Origin: a bacterium
GTDB lineage: Bacteria; UBA8248
Direction of reading: 5' to 3'
Length of the DNA stretch: 64,000 nt
Assembly: GCA_965204535.1 (NCBI GenBank)
Contig: CBDBEV010000001.1
Location: 2,528,001-2,592,000 of the forward strand
Part shown: in pieces, positions 49,182 through 58,231 of the stretch
How positions within the stretch are numbered: position 1 is the first letter of the stretch
Layout of the letters: each line of letters starts with the position of its first letter
Notes under the pieces: model-generated
Databases searched by the model: none
What the model was told of the DNA's origin: nothing
What the model saw: the letters and a program-made list of their open reading frames with translations, nothing else
Made by a program: the position numbers and the translations under genes

Positions 49182-51406
49182 TGGACAAGCGACTGGACCC
49201 CTACCGCTTCGACGTGGGAGGCGCCCGCGTGGAGCCCGAAACCCCCATCGTGGCGGGGGCGTTCTTCACCCGGCGGGTCATCTTCACGGCGGGCAGGTAC
49301 GGGGTGGACGAGGGCGCGCAGATACTCGTGTGCAAGCGCCTCTCGAGCGACATGGAGATCCCCCAGTTCGATGATCCTGCGGCGTCGGGCTACGTGAGCG
49401 TAACGTGTTCGAACCCCGAGGTGGGCTTGGCACTCTCCTATCAGGAGCAGGGCTATCTCGACGATTGGCGCTCCGGCGTCGCTATCCGTATCGCGCGGGG
49501 TTTCTTGTGCGAGGGAGATGAGGTCACGCTCGTCCTGGGCGATACCGCAGGCGGGGGGCCGGGCATCCGCGCGCAGACGTTCCCCGAGACGCGCCACACC
49601 TTCAAGATCGTCGTGGACACCTTCAACAGAAAGCATTTCTATGAGCTCGAGAACGACCCGGAAATCCGCGTCGTGGGCGGCGCGCCCGAGACGTGGCATC
49701 TCGCCTGTTCCCAGACGCCACCGCGCGGGGAGGAATTCTCCGCCATCGTGCGCGGCGTGGACAGCTGGGGGAACCCGGCGGAGGAATTCACCGGCGAGGT
49801 GTCGGTCAACAAGAGCCTTAGAAGCTGGCGCGAAGAAGATGAGGCGCCGGGCCGGGTGGAATTTTCAGCTGATGACGGCGGCGTCAAGCGCGCCGGCGGC
49901 GCGCGGTTGACGGGGGAGGGCCCCTACCGTTTAAGGCTTGAGGACCCGGCGGGGCTGGTGTCTCTCAGTCCGCCGATTCTGCCCAGAGCGCCTGACGATC
50001 CCTACTCCCTCTTCTGGGGGGACATCCACGGCCAGACGCGCTCCACGGTCGGCACGGGCACGGTGGAGGAATACTTCCGCTTCGCGCGGGATAAGGCCGG
50101 CGTGGACGTCGCCGCGTGGCAGGGCAACGATTTCCGCGTCCGCAAGGAGGACTGGGCGGAGGTCGTTCGCGAGTGCAAGGCGTTCAACGAGCCGGGCCGC
50201 TTCGTCACCCTCCTGGGCTATGAGTGGTCGGGTACGCGTTCAGGCGGGGGTGATTACAACATCTACTACGCGGGCGATGCGGGCACCATCCACAGAAGTT
50301 CTCATGCGGGCGTGGACGATCTCTCGGACGTCGCCGACGACAGGTTCCCCATCTCGGCGCTCTGGGAGACATTCCGGGGCCGTGAGGACGTGATGAGCGT
50401 CGCCCACGTGGGGGGCCGGGCGTGCAACCTCGATTTCTTCGACCCCGAATTCGTTCACCTCGCGGAAATCCATTCCCACCACGGCACCTTCGAGTGGTTC
50501 GCTGAAGAAGCGCTCGCGCGCGGCTTCCGCGTCGGCTTCACCGGAGGCAGCGACGACCACACGGGCCGACAGGGGCTGGTCTACCCGAACAGGCGTTCCA
50601 ACAACGTCGTCACCTTCGACGTGAAGGGCGGCCTGATGGGCCTGTATGCGGCGGAACTCACGCGCGAGGCCGTCTGGGAGGCGATGCGCGCGCGCAGGAC
50701 CTACGCCACGAATGGCGAGCGCATCTATCTCAAGACCGCCTGCGGCGAGAGCCTCATGGGCGAGGAGGTGGAAGTCCAAGGCTCGCCCACGGTCCGCGTG
50801 GAAGTCCACGGCACCGCACCCTTGCTGGATGTGGAACTCAAGCGCGGCGCCGAAACCATCCACCGCCACCCGGTGAGCGCGCCCGACGGCGGCGGCCGCG
50901 TTCGGCGAATCCGCGTGCAGTGGAGCGGGGTGACCCAGAAAAGCGGGCGCGACAAAAAGGTCGAATGGCGCGGCGGAATCGCGCTGGATAGGGGCGCAAT
51001 GCTCGCGCACACGCCCTACGCGCTCGATCAGTACGACGACGCCGTCACCCGCGTTTCGAACAAGCTGCTACGCTTCGCCACCGCCACATCGGGCGATCCC
51101 GACGGCGTGCTGATCGACGTGGACGCCTCCGACGACGCGCGGCTTTCCTTCTTCAGCAACGTCAAGAGTTTCGATATTCCCTTGGGCGATATTTCCGAGG
51201 TTCCCACCATCATCGAGGCCGGCGGCGTGAACATCCGCGTTCTCGTCGCGCAAGTCGGGACGACCCTCAAGGACTGGAGCGCGCGCTTTCAGTTCACCGA
51301 CGAGGACGCCTCACCCGATGCCGTGAACCCCTACTGGGTGCGCGTCCTGCAAGTCGACGGCGGCCAGGCCTGGTCGAGTCCGCTCTATGTGAGCAGGGTG
51401 GGGTGA
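49181..51406 (+). CDS. DUF3604 / PHP-like metallohydrolase domain protein
   Basis: WGDIHGQ, GYEWSG, GGSDDH, YATNG, AWSSP. Confidence 0.8.
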   Translation: MDKRLDPYRFDVGGARVEPETPIVAGAFFTRRVIFTAGRYGVDEGAQILVCKRLSSDMEIPQFDDPAASGYVSVTCSNPEVGLALSYQEQGYLDDWRSGVAIRIARGFLCEGDEVTLVLGDTAGGGPGIRAQTFPETRHTFKIVVDTFNRKHFYELENDPEIRVVGGAPETWHLACSQTPPRGEEFSAIVRGVDSWGNPAEEFTGEVSVNKSLRSWREEDEAPGRVEFSADDGGVKRAGGARLTGEGPYRLRLEDPAGLVSLSPPILPRAPDDPYSLFWGDIHGQTRSTVGTGTVEEYFRFARDKAGVDVAAWQGNDFRVRKEDWAEVVRECKAFNEPGRFVTLLGYEWSGTRSGGGDYNIYYAGDAGTIHRSSHAGVDDLSDVADDRFPISALWETFRGREDVMSVAHVGGRACNLDFFDPEFVHLAEIHSHHGTFEWFAEEALARGFRVGFTGGSDDHTGRQGLVYPNRRSNNVVTFDVKGGLMGLYAAELTREAVWEAMRARRTYATNGERIYLKTACGESLMGEEVEVQGSPTVRVEVHGTAPLLDVELKRGAETIHRHPVSAPDGGGRVRRIRVQWSGVTQKSGRDKKVEWRGGIALDRGAMLAHTPYALDQYDDAVTRVSNKLLRFATATSGDPDGVLIDVDASDDARLSFFSNVKSFDIPLGDISEVPTIIEAGGVNIRVLVAQVGTTLKDWSARFQFTDEDASPDAVNPYWVRVLQVDGGQAWSSPLYVSRVG

Positions 51407-51477
51407 GAGGAGCTTTTGGTTTTATGTGTCGAGTTAACGCATTTTGGAAGACTGATTTCATGGAGGTGGAAAGCTAG

Positions 51478-52575
51478 ATGCTTGATGATGAAGCGAATGG
51501 AACGACTCAGACTCCTGAGACGGTAGACCCGGCCACAGAAGTTGAAATCCAACGCCGCGTCAATGAAGTCAGGCGTGAGATGCTTGATCTCCAAGCAGGA
51601 CGGCTCAACCGATGGATGACCGCAATCGCTATATTTCTTGGTATCTCAGGTATTATCGGCTTCGCCGTATTTTCGAAACTCGAAAGTGATGCGCGAAGGA
51701 GTGTGGATACATTGCAGCGAATTGTTGTCGGCGCGGAAACAAGCGCAGGGGAGGCGAAAAAAACTGTCTATAAGGCGATAGAGAGTGCCAAGAAAGCCGA
51801 CCAAATTGCCAAGGGAGCCGAACAAAGTGCCAAGAAGGCCAAAGAACTTCTTGCAAGTATGGAGAATGATCGAGAGACAGCAAAAAAGATTCTCGTAGAG
51901 CTTGTCAACATTTTTTCTCTACAAATCCAAGGGCAGAAAGCCGATGTTATTGAAGCATGGCAGAACATCGCGAAGATTGCTGAGAGAAGCGACAATAATC
52001 TAGCGGCCATTGCCTGGTTTGCTGTCGGTTCTCTACTTGATCAACAAGGGAAACATAAAAAAGCGATCAAAGCCTATAACGAAGCTATCCGTCTGGACTC
52101 AACCCTGAGCCAGGCCCACAACAATCGAGGCAATGCGAAGGCCGAACTTGGTCAGTACGATGCAGCCATTAAAGATTACGACGAAGCGCTCTTCCAGAAG
52201 CCCACCTATACCATAGCATACTATAATAGGGGCACTGCGAAGCGTAAGCTAAAACAATATGCAGCCGCCATTGCGGATTTCGATGAAGCGATCGACCTGA
52301 AACCGGATCATGCAGGAGCCCATAACAACCGGGGTGCTGCGAAGTTTGATCTTGGCCAATACGAAACCGCTATTGAGGATTATAAAAAGGCGCTCCGCCT
52401 AGGGTTCGATAAAGCCAAAGCCTACTATAACCTAGGTGAAGCGAAGGCCAAGTTGGGTCGAAAGAGTGAAGCAAGATCAGATTTCACAACCGCGATCAAT
52501 CTGACGCGTCAGAAAGGCAATCAGGAAATCATAAAATTGGCGGAGCAGGAGCTTCAAAAACTCGACAAAAAATAA
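51478..52575 (+). CDS. Membrane-anchored tetratricopeptide repeat protein
   Basis: N-terminal TM helix, coiled coil, then about five TPRs (A-x-x-NRG...AI-x-DY/F-D-x-A). Lower GC than neighbours. Confidence 0.87.
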   Translation: MLDDEANGTTQTPETVDPATEVEIQRRVNEVRREMLDLQAGRLNRWMTAIAIFLGISGIIGFAVFSKLESDARRSVDTLQRIVVGAETSAGEAKKTVYKAIESAKKADQIAKGAEQSAKKAKELLASMENDRETAKKILVELVNIFSLQIQGQKADVIEAWQNIAKIAERSDNNLAAIAWFAVGSLLDQQGKHKKAIKAYNEAIRLDSTLSQAHNNRGNAKAELGQYDAAIKDYDEALFQKPTYTIAYYNRGTAKRKLKQYAAAIADFDEAIDLKPDHAGAHNNRGAAKFDLGQYETAIEDYKKALRLGFDKAKAYYNLGEAKAKLGRKSEARSDFTTAINLTRQKGNQEIIKLAEQELQKLDKK

Positions 52576-52733
52576 GACACAATACGTTGCATCACAAAAC
52601 ATGCCCGGCCAATCCCCCTCTCTTCGGGAAAGGCAATATTTCCTTCCTCGGGGAAGCTCGACGGTAAGACGAGTCAAACAAGAACCATTCCCTCCTTGAG
52701 ATACCAGCCGGTAAGACGAGTAGAGGCGAGAAC

Positions 52734-52904
52734 CACTCCCCCTTGAGGGTTTGGCTTCCCGAGGGGAAAGCCAGACGATGAGCTAAGGGCGTACGCCCGA
52801 AAGCGAATCGGTGGGGGGAGATTTTTTCTGTTGCATGTCCCCCTACCAAATCGGCCTTCGCCCTAGGGCTCGGCCTCTTTGACTCCCCCTCAAGGGGGGA
52901 AGTG
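52734..52904. repeat. Palindromic repeat family B (hairpin-insert subfamily)
   Basis: Terminal CACTCCCCCTTGAGGG and CCCCCTCAAGGGGGGAAGTG. Confidence 0.85.
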
Positions 52905-52943
52905 AATTTGAACCTCGTCTGAAGAGGAAAGCCTGACCCTCAA

Positions 52944-53162
52944 GGGGTTGTTGAAAAACCCCTCTCCGCCTCATCCTGAGTAGCGGCGGAGCCGCGTACC
53001 GAAGGTCAATCGCGATTGATGAATGAGCGTTTGCTCTCGCCCGGCGCGAGGCGTTCGACCCCCCTCGCCCTTCGATACGCCGCCTTCGGCGGCTACTCAG
53101 GGTGAGGCAGAGAGGCGTTGGCCGTTTGCGTGGGTCGCAGACGGGACTTTTTCAACAACCCC
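52944..53162. mobile_element. IS1182-type end pair enclosing a family E palindrome pair
   Basis: GGGGTTGTTGAAAAACCCC...GGGACTTTTTCAACAACCCC. Inside: CCTCATCCTGAGTAGCGGCG..CGAAGG and CCCTTCGATACGCC..GCTACTCAGGGTGAGG (about 52969-53107). Confidence 0.65.
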
Positions 53163-53202
53163 ATGCGCGCCGCTCACAAGATGAAAAATCGCCTCCAGCC
53201 TG

Positions 53203-53248
53203 TTGACAAGGGGGCCTGCGGGCTGGTAGTGGTCATACCATCTGACCA
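53203..53248 (+). promoter_or_regulatory. -35 hexamer and FadR/GntR-type operator
   Basis: TTGACA at 53203; TGGTCATACCATCTGACCA at 53230-53248 matches the FadR-subfamily TxGT-N3-ACxA pattern upstream of the regulator gene. Confidence 0.6.
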
Positions 53249-53338
53249 GGAAGTTTTCAGGTTGATAATTACAGGGATAATCCCCGCGTGGTTTTCCTTC
53301 ATCGCTCGGGATGGCTTGCGTCCCCGGGAGGCGGTTTC

Positions 53339-54073
53339 TTGCTCAGGCCGGTGAGAAAAACGAGGCTCTATGAAGACGTGGTCGAGCAGATCCAGCAGCT
53401 CATCCGCAAGCGCAAGCTCACGCCAGGCGACAGGCTGCCCTCTGAGCGCGAACTCGCAGCGACGCTCGGCATCGGTCGCCCCTCGGTGCGCGAGGCCCTG
53501 CGCGCCCTCGACACCACGGGGCTGATTGAAGTCAGGAGCGGGCAGGGCGCGTATCTCCGCAACCTCACGGTCGACCCCTATCTCGCCACGGTGCGCGAGA
53601 GTCTGGCATTTCTGCTCGACGTGAAAGAAGACACCCTGCTCGAACTCTGGGAGGTGCGGCAGGGACTCGAAGAACAGATCGCGCGCCTCACGGCCGAGCG
53701 CCGGACGCAAGCACAGATCGAACGCCTGCGCGGCCACACCGAGGAGATGCGAAAGCGCATCGCGAGACCCGAAGCCTTCGTGCGCGCGGGCGTCGCCTGG
53801 CACCGCGCGCTGTGCGAAGCGGCGGAGAACGCCGTCCTGCGGACGGTGTGGGAGGCCATCGCGGGGCTGATCGAGAAGAGCCAGCGGCGGATCATCGGAA
53901 CGCCCGGCCAGCCGGTCGAGGCGCTGCGCCAGCACGAAAAACTCTTGGCGGCCGTCGAGGCGGGCGAGCCCGAATGCGCCGCGCTCGCCATGCGCGAGCA
54001 CATGGCGGCCGAAGGCGCGCGGCTGAAAGAAGCGCTGGCCGTATCGCGAAACGGAGGTGCAGTGCGCGTCTGA
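53339..54073 (+). CDS. FadR/GntR family transcriptional regulator
   Basis: PGDRLPSERELA...RPSVREAL wHTH plus FCD domain. Confidence 0.92.
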   Translation: MLRPVRKTRLYEDVVEQIQQLIRKRKLTPGDRLPSERELAATLGIGRPSVREALRALDTTGLIEVRSGQGAYLRNLTVDPYLATVRESLAFLLDVKEDTLLELWEVRQGLEEQIARLTAERRTQAQIERLRGHTEEMRKRIARPEAFVRAGVAWHRALCEAAENAVLRTVWEAIAGLIEKSQRRIIGTPGQPVEALRQHEKLLAAVEAGEPECAALAMREHMAAEGARLKEALAVSRNGGAVRV

Positions 54074-54168
54074 GGAGTAGCGGGCGCGCTTCATGGTTGG
54101 TCTCAATTCAGGATGTTTTTTACTGTCGTTTTTGTAACGCTTCACCCAAATTTCTAGGAGGAATTTTC

Positions 54169-55518
54169 ATGGTGGAAATGAGCAAACAGGGCATGCCGAT
54201 GGACTTTCTGCAGAAAGAGCACTACCAGTCCCCCCGGCGCGTCTATAGCCAGACGGGTAGCGATTGGCAGCGCCGCGTCGACTTCGACCAGATGCGCAAA
54301 GATCGTCTCGCCCGCGCCAAGGCGATGATGGAAAAGCACGACATGGACGCCATCATCATGTACAAGGGCGAGAACGTCCGTTACACCGCGTCGGTCTTCC
54401 AGGGCAACTGGAAGAACAACATCTTCATCCGCTACGCCGTGCTCTGTCGGGGTGCTGAGACGCCGGTGCTCTTCGAGACGGCGGGCTCCGACTATGAGTG
54501 CGCCAAGATCGACGCGCCCTGGCTGAAGGGCAACATCCGCCCCGCCATCACCTGGAAGTGGTCCGAGACCGCCGAGCAGATGATGGTGAACCGCATGGCG
54601 GATTCGGTCATCGACGTCCTCAAGGAGAACGACATTCCGCTGAACGGCCGGATCGGCATCGACATCATGGACATGCAGGCCTACAGCGCCTTCACCGAGA
54701 AGGGCGTGAACCTCGTGAACGCGTGGCCGGCGATGAGCGAGGCGCGCGTCATCAAGACGCCCGAGGAGATCGAGTGCCTGAAGATAAGCTCCACCATCGG
54801 CGACACCTGCATGTGGAAGATCAGGAACGAGTGGTTAAAGCCCGGCATCCGCGAGTGCGACCTCACCGCGTGGGTGAATAACCTGCTCTATGAAGAGGGC
54901 TTCGACTTCGTCTACGACATCATCGTCGCCTCGGGCGGAAACACCAGCCCCTACCGCCGCTGGCACACCGACAAGATGATCAGGGACGGCGACCTCGTCG
55001 TCGTCGACATCAACGCCATCGGCCCGGGCGGATACTTCGTCGATTACGTGCGCTGCTTCAAGTGCGGCGGCGGCTGGACGAAAAAGGAAAAAGAGCTCTA
55101 CCGGGAGGTCTACGACACGATGTATGCGGGCATGACCCAGCTCGTGCCGGGCAAGACCTCCAAGGACGTGGCCGAGCAGTTCCCCGTCTACGCCGATGAC
55201 AAGTACGGCACGGTAACGCTCCAGCAGTTCGCCCACTCCATCGGCCTCGATCTTTACGAGGGTATGTGGATCAGCCGCGCCTACAGCCTGGATTACCCCG
55301 TCGAGATCAAGGAGAACATGTACTTCGCCATCGAGACGTTCGCCGGCCATCCGGGGCTTCCCCAGACGGTGCGCCTGGAAGAGAACGTGCTCGTCGGCCC
55401 CGACGGCCCCGTCGTCTTCACCGGCTCCTCGCACTACGACGAGTGCATCGAGGATTCGCCCTACTTCGACTTCTCGGCGAAGTCGCGCGGCGAGCCCCGC
55501 TTCGAGTTGCCCGAATAG
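54169..55518 (+). CDS. M24 family protein (Xaa-Pro peptidase fold)
   Basis: D..D (VDIN...VDYVR), HSIG, AIET, LEEN. AGGAGG RBS. Confidence 0.87.
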   Translation: MVEMSKQGMPMDFLQKEHYQSPRRVYSQTGSDWQRRVDFDQMRKDRLARAKAMMEKHDMDAIIMYKGENVRYTASVFQGNWKNNIFIRYAVLCRGAETPVLFETAGSDYECAKIDAPWLKGNIRPAITWKWSETAEQMMVNRMADSVIDVLKENDIPLNGRIGIDIMDMQAYSAFTEKGVNLVNAWPAMSEARVIKTPEEIECLKISSTIGDTCMWKIRNEWLKPGIRECDLTAWVNNLLYEEGFDFVYDIIVASGGNTSPYRRWHTDKMIRDGDLVVVDINAIGPGGYFVDYVRCFKCGGGWTKKEKELYREVYDTMYAGMTQLVPGKTSKDVAEQFPVYADDKYGTVTLQQFAHSIGLDLYEGMWISRAYSLDYPVEIKENMYFAIETFAGHPGLPQTVRLEENVLVGPDGPVVFTGSSHYDECIEDSPYFDFSAKSRGEPRFELPE

Positions 55519-55632
55519 CGGTTGTTGCCTCCCGTCCGTGTCCCCGCCGCCTGGGGCGCGGGCGGGAGCGTTTTTCATATTCGCAGTGCAGGGGAAATCG
55601 CCTCCCGAAAAGGCGAATAGGAGAATCATGAG

Positions 55633-56853
55633 ATGAGCGAACCCTGGAACACTGATATGTGGTTCACCAGCCCGTGGAATTTCGAGGGCGAGGTGACCGC
55701 CGATATCAATTTCGACCCCAACCCCAAGATCCACGACGTGACGCTCCGGGACGGGGAGCAGCAGGCGGGCGTCATGTTCAACAAGGACGAGAAGATCAGA
55801 ATCGCCGAAGCCCTCGCCGAGACGGGCGTGCACCGCATCGAGGCCGGCATGCCGGTGGTCTCGCCCTCAGACGAAGCCGCGATCCGCGAGATCGTCAAGC
55901 GCTTGGAAGGCACGGACACAGAGGTGTTCAGCTTCGCGCGCTGCATGGCGGACGACGTGAAGCGCTCCGCCGACACGGGCGTCAAGGGCGTCGTGATGGA
56001 AGTGCCGAGTTCCACGCACATGATCGAGCGCGCCTACAAGTGGGAGCTCGACAAGGCCATCGATACCTCCGTCAAGGCCACGCAGGTGGCGAAGGAATGC
56101 GGCCTCTACACCGTGTTCTTCCCCATCGACTTCTCCCGCGCCCCGCTCGACTGGGTGCTGGGTCTGTTAAAGAAAGTGGCGACCGAAGGCCACATGGACG
56201 CGCTGGCCATCGTCGACACGTTCGGCGTGCTGAGCCCGCACACCGTGCCCTACGTCATCAAGAAGATGCGCGAGGTGTTCCCGGACGAGCCCTTCGAGCC
56301 CCACTTCCACGACGACTACGGGATGGGCGTCGCGAATACGCTCATGGCGATGGCCGAGGGCTGCCAGGTGGCGCAGACTTCCGTGAGCGGCATCGGCGAG
56401 CGCGCGGGCAACGCGGCCTATGAGGAACTCGCTCTCGCGATGCTCACCATGTACGACGTGGATATGGGTCTCAAGACCGAGAAGTTCACCGAGGTCTCCC
56501 GCCTCGTGCAGGAGTGCGGGCGCATCAGCCTCGCGCCCAACCGCTGCGTCGTGGGCGACAACCTCTACGACATCGAGAGCGGCATCATCGTGAGCTGGCT
56601 CAAGAACTGCGAGAAGGATTTCCCGACCGAACTCGTGCCCTTCCGCGCCGGCCTCGTCGGCCAGAGCGAACCGGAACCCGTCATCGGCAAGGGGAGCGGC
56701 ATCGACTCCATCAACCTCTTCCTCGAGCAGTTGGGCATCACGGCGTCGGAAGAAGAGAAGATGGCGCTCCTGATGGACGTGAAGGAGAAATCCCTGAGCC
56801 TCCATCGCCTGCTCACGATGGACGAGTTCAAGGAGCTTGCGGGCGCGAAGTAG
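55633..56853 (+). CDS. DRE-TIM metallolyase (LeuA/homocitrate synthase-like)
   Basis: HDVTLRDGEQ, HFHDD, GIGERAGN. Confidence 0.87.
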   Translation: MSEPWNTDMWFTSPWNFEGEVTADINFDPNPKIHDVTLRDGEQQAGVMFNKDEKIRIAEALAETGVHRIEAGMPVVSPSDEAAIREIVKRLEGTDTEVFSFARCMADDVKRSADTGVKGVVMEVPSSTHMIERAYKWELDKAIDTSVKATQVAKECGLYTVFFPIDFSRAPLDWVLGLLKKVATEGHMDALAIVDTFGVLSPHTVPYVIKKMREVFPDEPFEPHFHDDYGMGVANTLMAMAEGCQVAQTSVSGIGERAGNAAYEELALAMLTMYDVDMGLKTEKFTEVSRLVQECGRISLAPNRCVVGDNLYDIESGIIVSWLKNCEKDFPTELVPFRAGLVGQSEPEPVIGKGSGIDSINLFLEQLGITASEEEKMALLMDVKEKSLSLHRLLTMDEFKELAGAK

Positions 56854-56913
56854 GTTTCCCGCTTCAGAAGGCGCGGGCTGGTTTTCTTCCCGCGCACGGC
56901 AGTAATAGAAATG

Positions 56914-56944
56914 AAAGGGCGGCTCTCTCGGGCCGCCTTTTTTT
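56914..56944 (+). terminator. Intrinsic terminator
   Basis: AAAGGGCGGCTC-TCTC-GGGCCGCCTTT followed by a T run. Confidence 0.6.
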
Positions 56945-56974
56945 CCTCAACCCCCCTTGTTCGGGGACAAAACC

Positions 56975-57403
56975 AACCCCCCCTACCCCCCCTTGACAGG
57001 GGGGTATAAAAAGGCGATTCGCCCCCGCCGGGCTGAGAGGGGTTTGCTTTTTCTTGCCCCCTGACAAGGGCTGTTGAAAAAGCCCCAGAAGGAGTGTGCT
57101 AAATTTCACTCCCCCCCTTGAGGGGGAGTCGACGAGGTAAGGGCGAAGCCCGCAAGCGAGTCGGTGGGGGGAGCTTTTAATTTAGAATCGTCCCCCCACC
57201 GAATCGGCCTTCGCACAAACCGCTCGGCTTCATCGTCTGGCTTTCCCCTCGGGAAGCCAGACCCTCAAGGGGGGAGTTGATTTGAAATTCTCCTTGGTGG
57301 TGAGAGATCTCCGCAGGGGTCGCTTGCCAGGTTTTTCATACCCCCCTGACAAGGGGGGGTAGGGAGGGTTGCTCCTTTGACAAAGACCTTTTTCAACAAC
57401 CCC
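56975..57403. repeat. Nested repeat block: family A, IS1182-type ends (57068, 57403), family B (57107-57278)
   Basis: Arms recognisable by identity to the other copies. Confidence 0.8.
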
Positions 57404-57500
57404 TGTTCGCGCGATTCCAGGACGATAGACTTGTCATCCCTCCTTCCTTTATCATTTCCCCATCAAACAGATTCCGACTCCCCGCACCGGAGGACATCCC

Positions 57501-58223
57501 ATGACGGATTGGAAGAAAAAGCTCGGCTTCATCGTCCCATCCTGGAACACGGTGATGGAGTACGAATGCCAGCGCATGGCGCCTGCGGGCGTATCGGTCC
57601 ACTTCACGCGCATCGCCCACACCGACGACGAGGAGGAAACCCTCCTGCACATGATAGAGGTGGTGCCCGAGCTCGCCGACCTGCTCGGCCACGCGAGTCT
57701 CGACGCCATCTGCTTCGGCTGCACCGGCGGCAGCTTCGTGCGTCCGGGCATGGATGCGGACATCATCGCGGTGATCGAGGAGCGGACGGGCATCCCCGCC
57801 ACGACGACCTCCACCGCCCTCACCGAGGCCATGCGCGAGATGGGCGTCGCGAAGGTCGCGCTCGCTTCGCCCTATCCCGAATGGCTGAACGAGCGGCTCA
57901 CGGTGTTCCTCAAGGACAAGGGAATCGAGGTGGTGGCCGAGCGGGGCCAGAACGTCGAGTGCCCCGCCTTCCTGCCGCCCGAGAACTCGGAAGCCCTGGC
58001 GCGCGAGGTGGATTGTCCCGAAGCGGACGGGGTCTTCATCAGCTGCACGAACTTCCGCTCGCTCGAATCGGTCGATAAACTCGAAGCCGCCCTCGGAAAG
58101 CCCGTGCTCACGAGCAACACCACTGCCATGTGGCACACGCTTCGCGCGGCTGGTTTCGAGGGAGAAGCCTCCGCAGGCGGCGCGCTCATGCGCGAGCATC
58201 TGGCGCCCGCCCGCCGCGCTTAG
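57501..58223 (+). CDS. Maleate cis-trans isomerase / Asp-Glu racemase family protein
   Basis: IVPSWNTVME, GCTGG, SPY, ISCTN (both catalytic Cys present). Confidence 0.87.
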   Translation: MTDWKKKLGFIVPSWNTVMEYECQRMAPAGVSVHFTRIAHTDDEEETLLHMIEVVPELADLLGHASLDAICFGCTGGSFVRPGMDADIIAVIEERTGIPATTTSTALTEAMREMGVAKVALASPYPEWLNERLTVFLKDKGIEVVAERGQNVECPAFLPPENSEALAREVDCPEADGVFISCTNFRSLESVDKLEAALGKPVLTSNTTAMWHTLRAAGFEGEASAGGALMREHLAPARRA

Positions 58224-58231
58224 GTTTTAAC

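Noticed and set aside
33807-52600. Integron or prophage as the source of the accessory genes
   Set aside because: No tyrosine or serine integrase, no phage structural genes, and no convincing attC sites seen.
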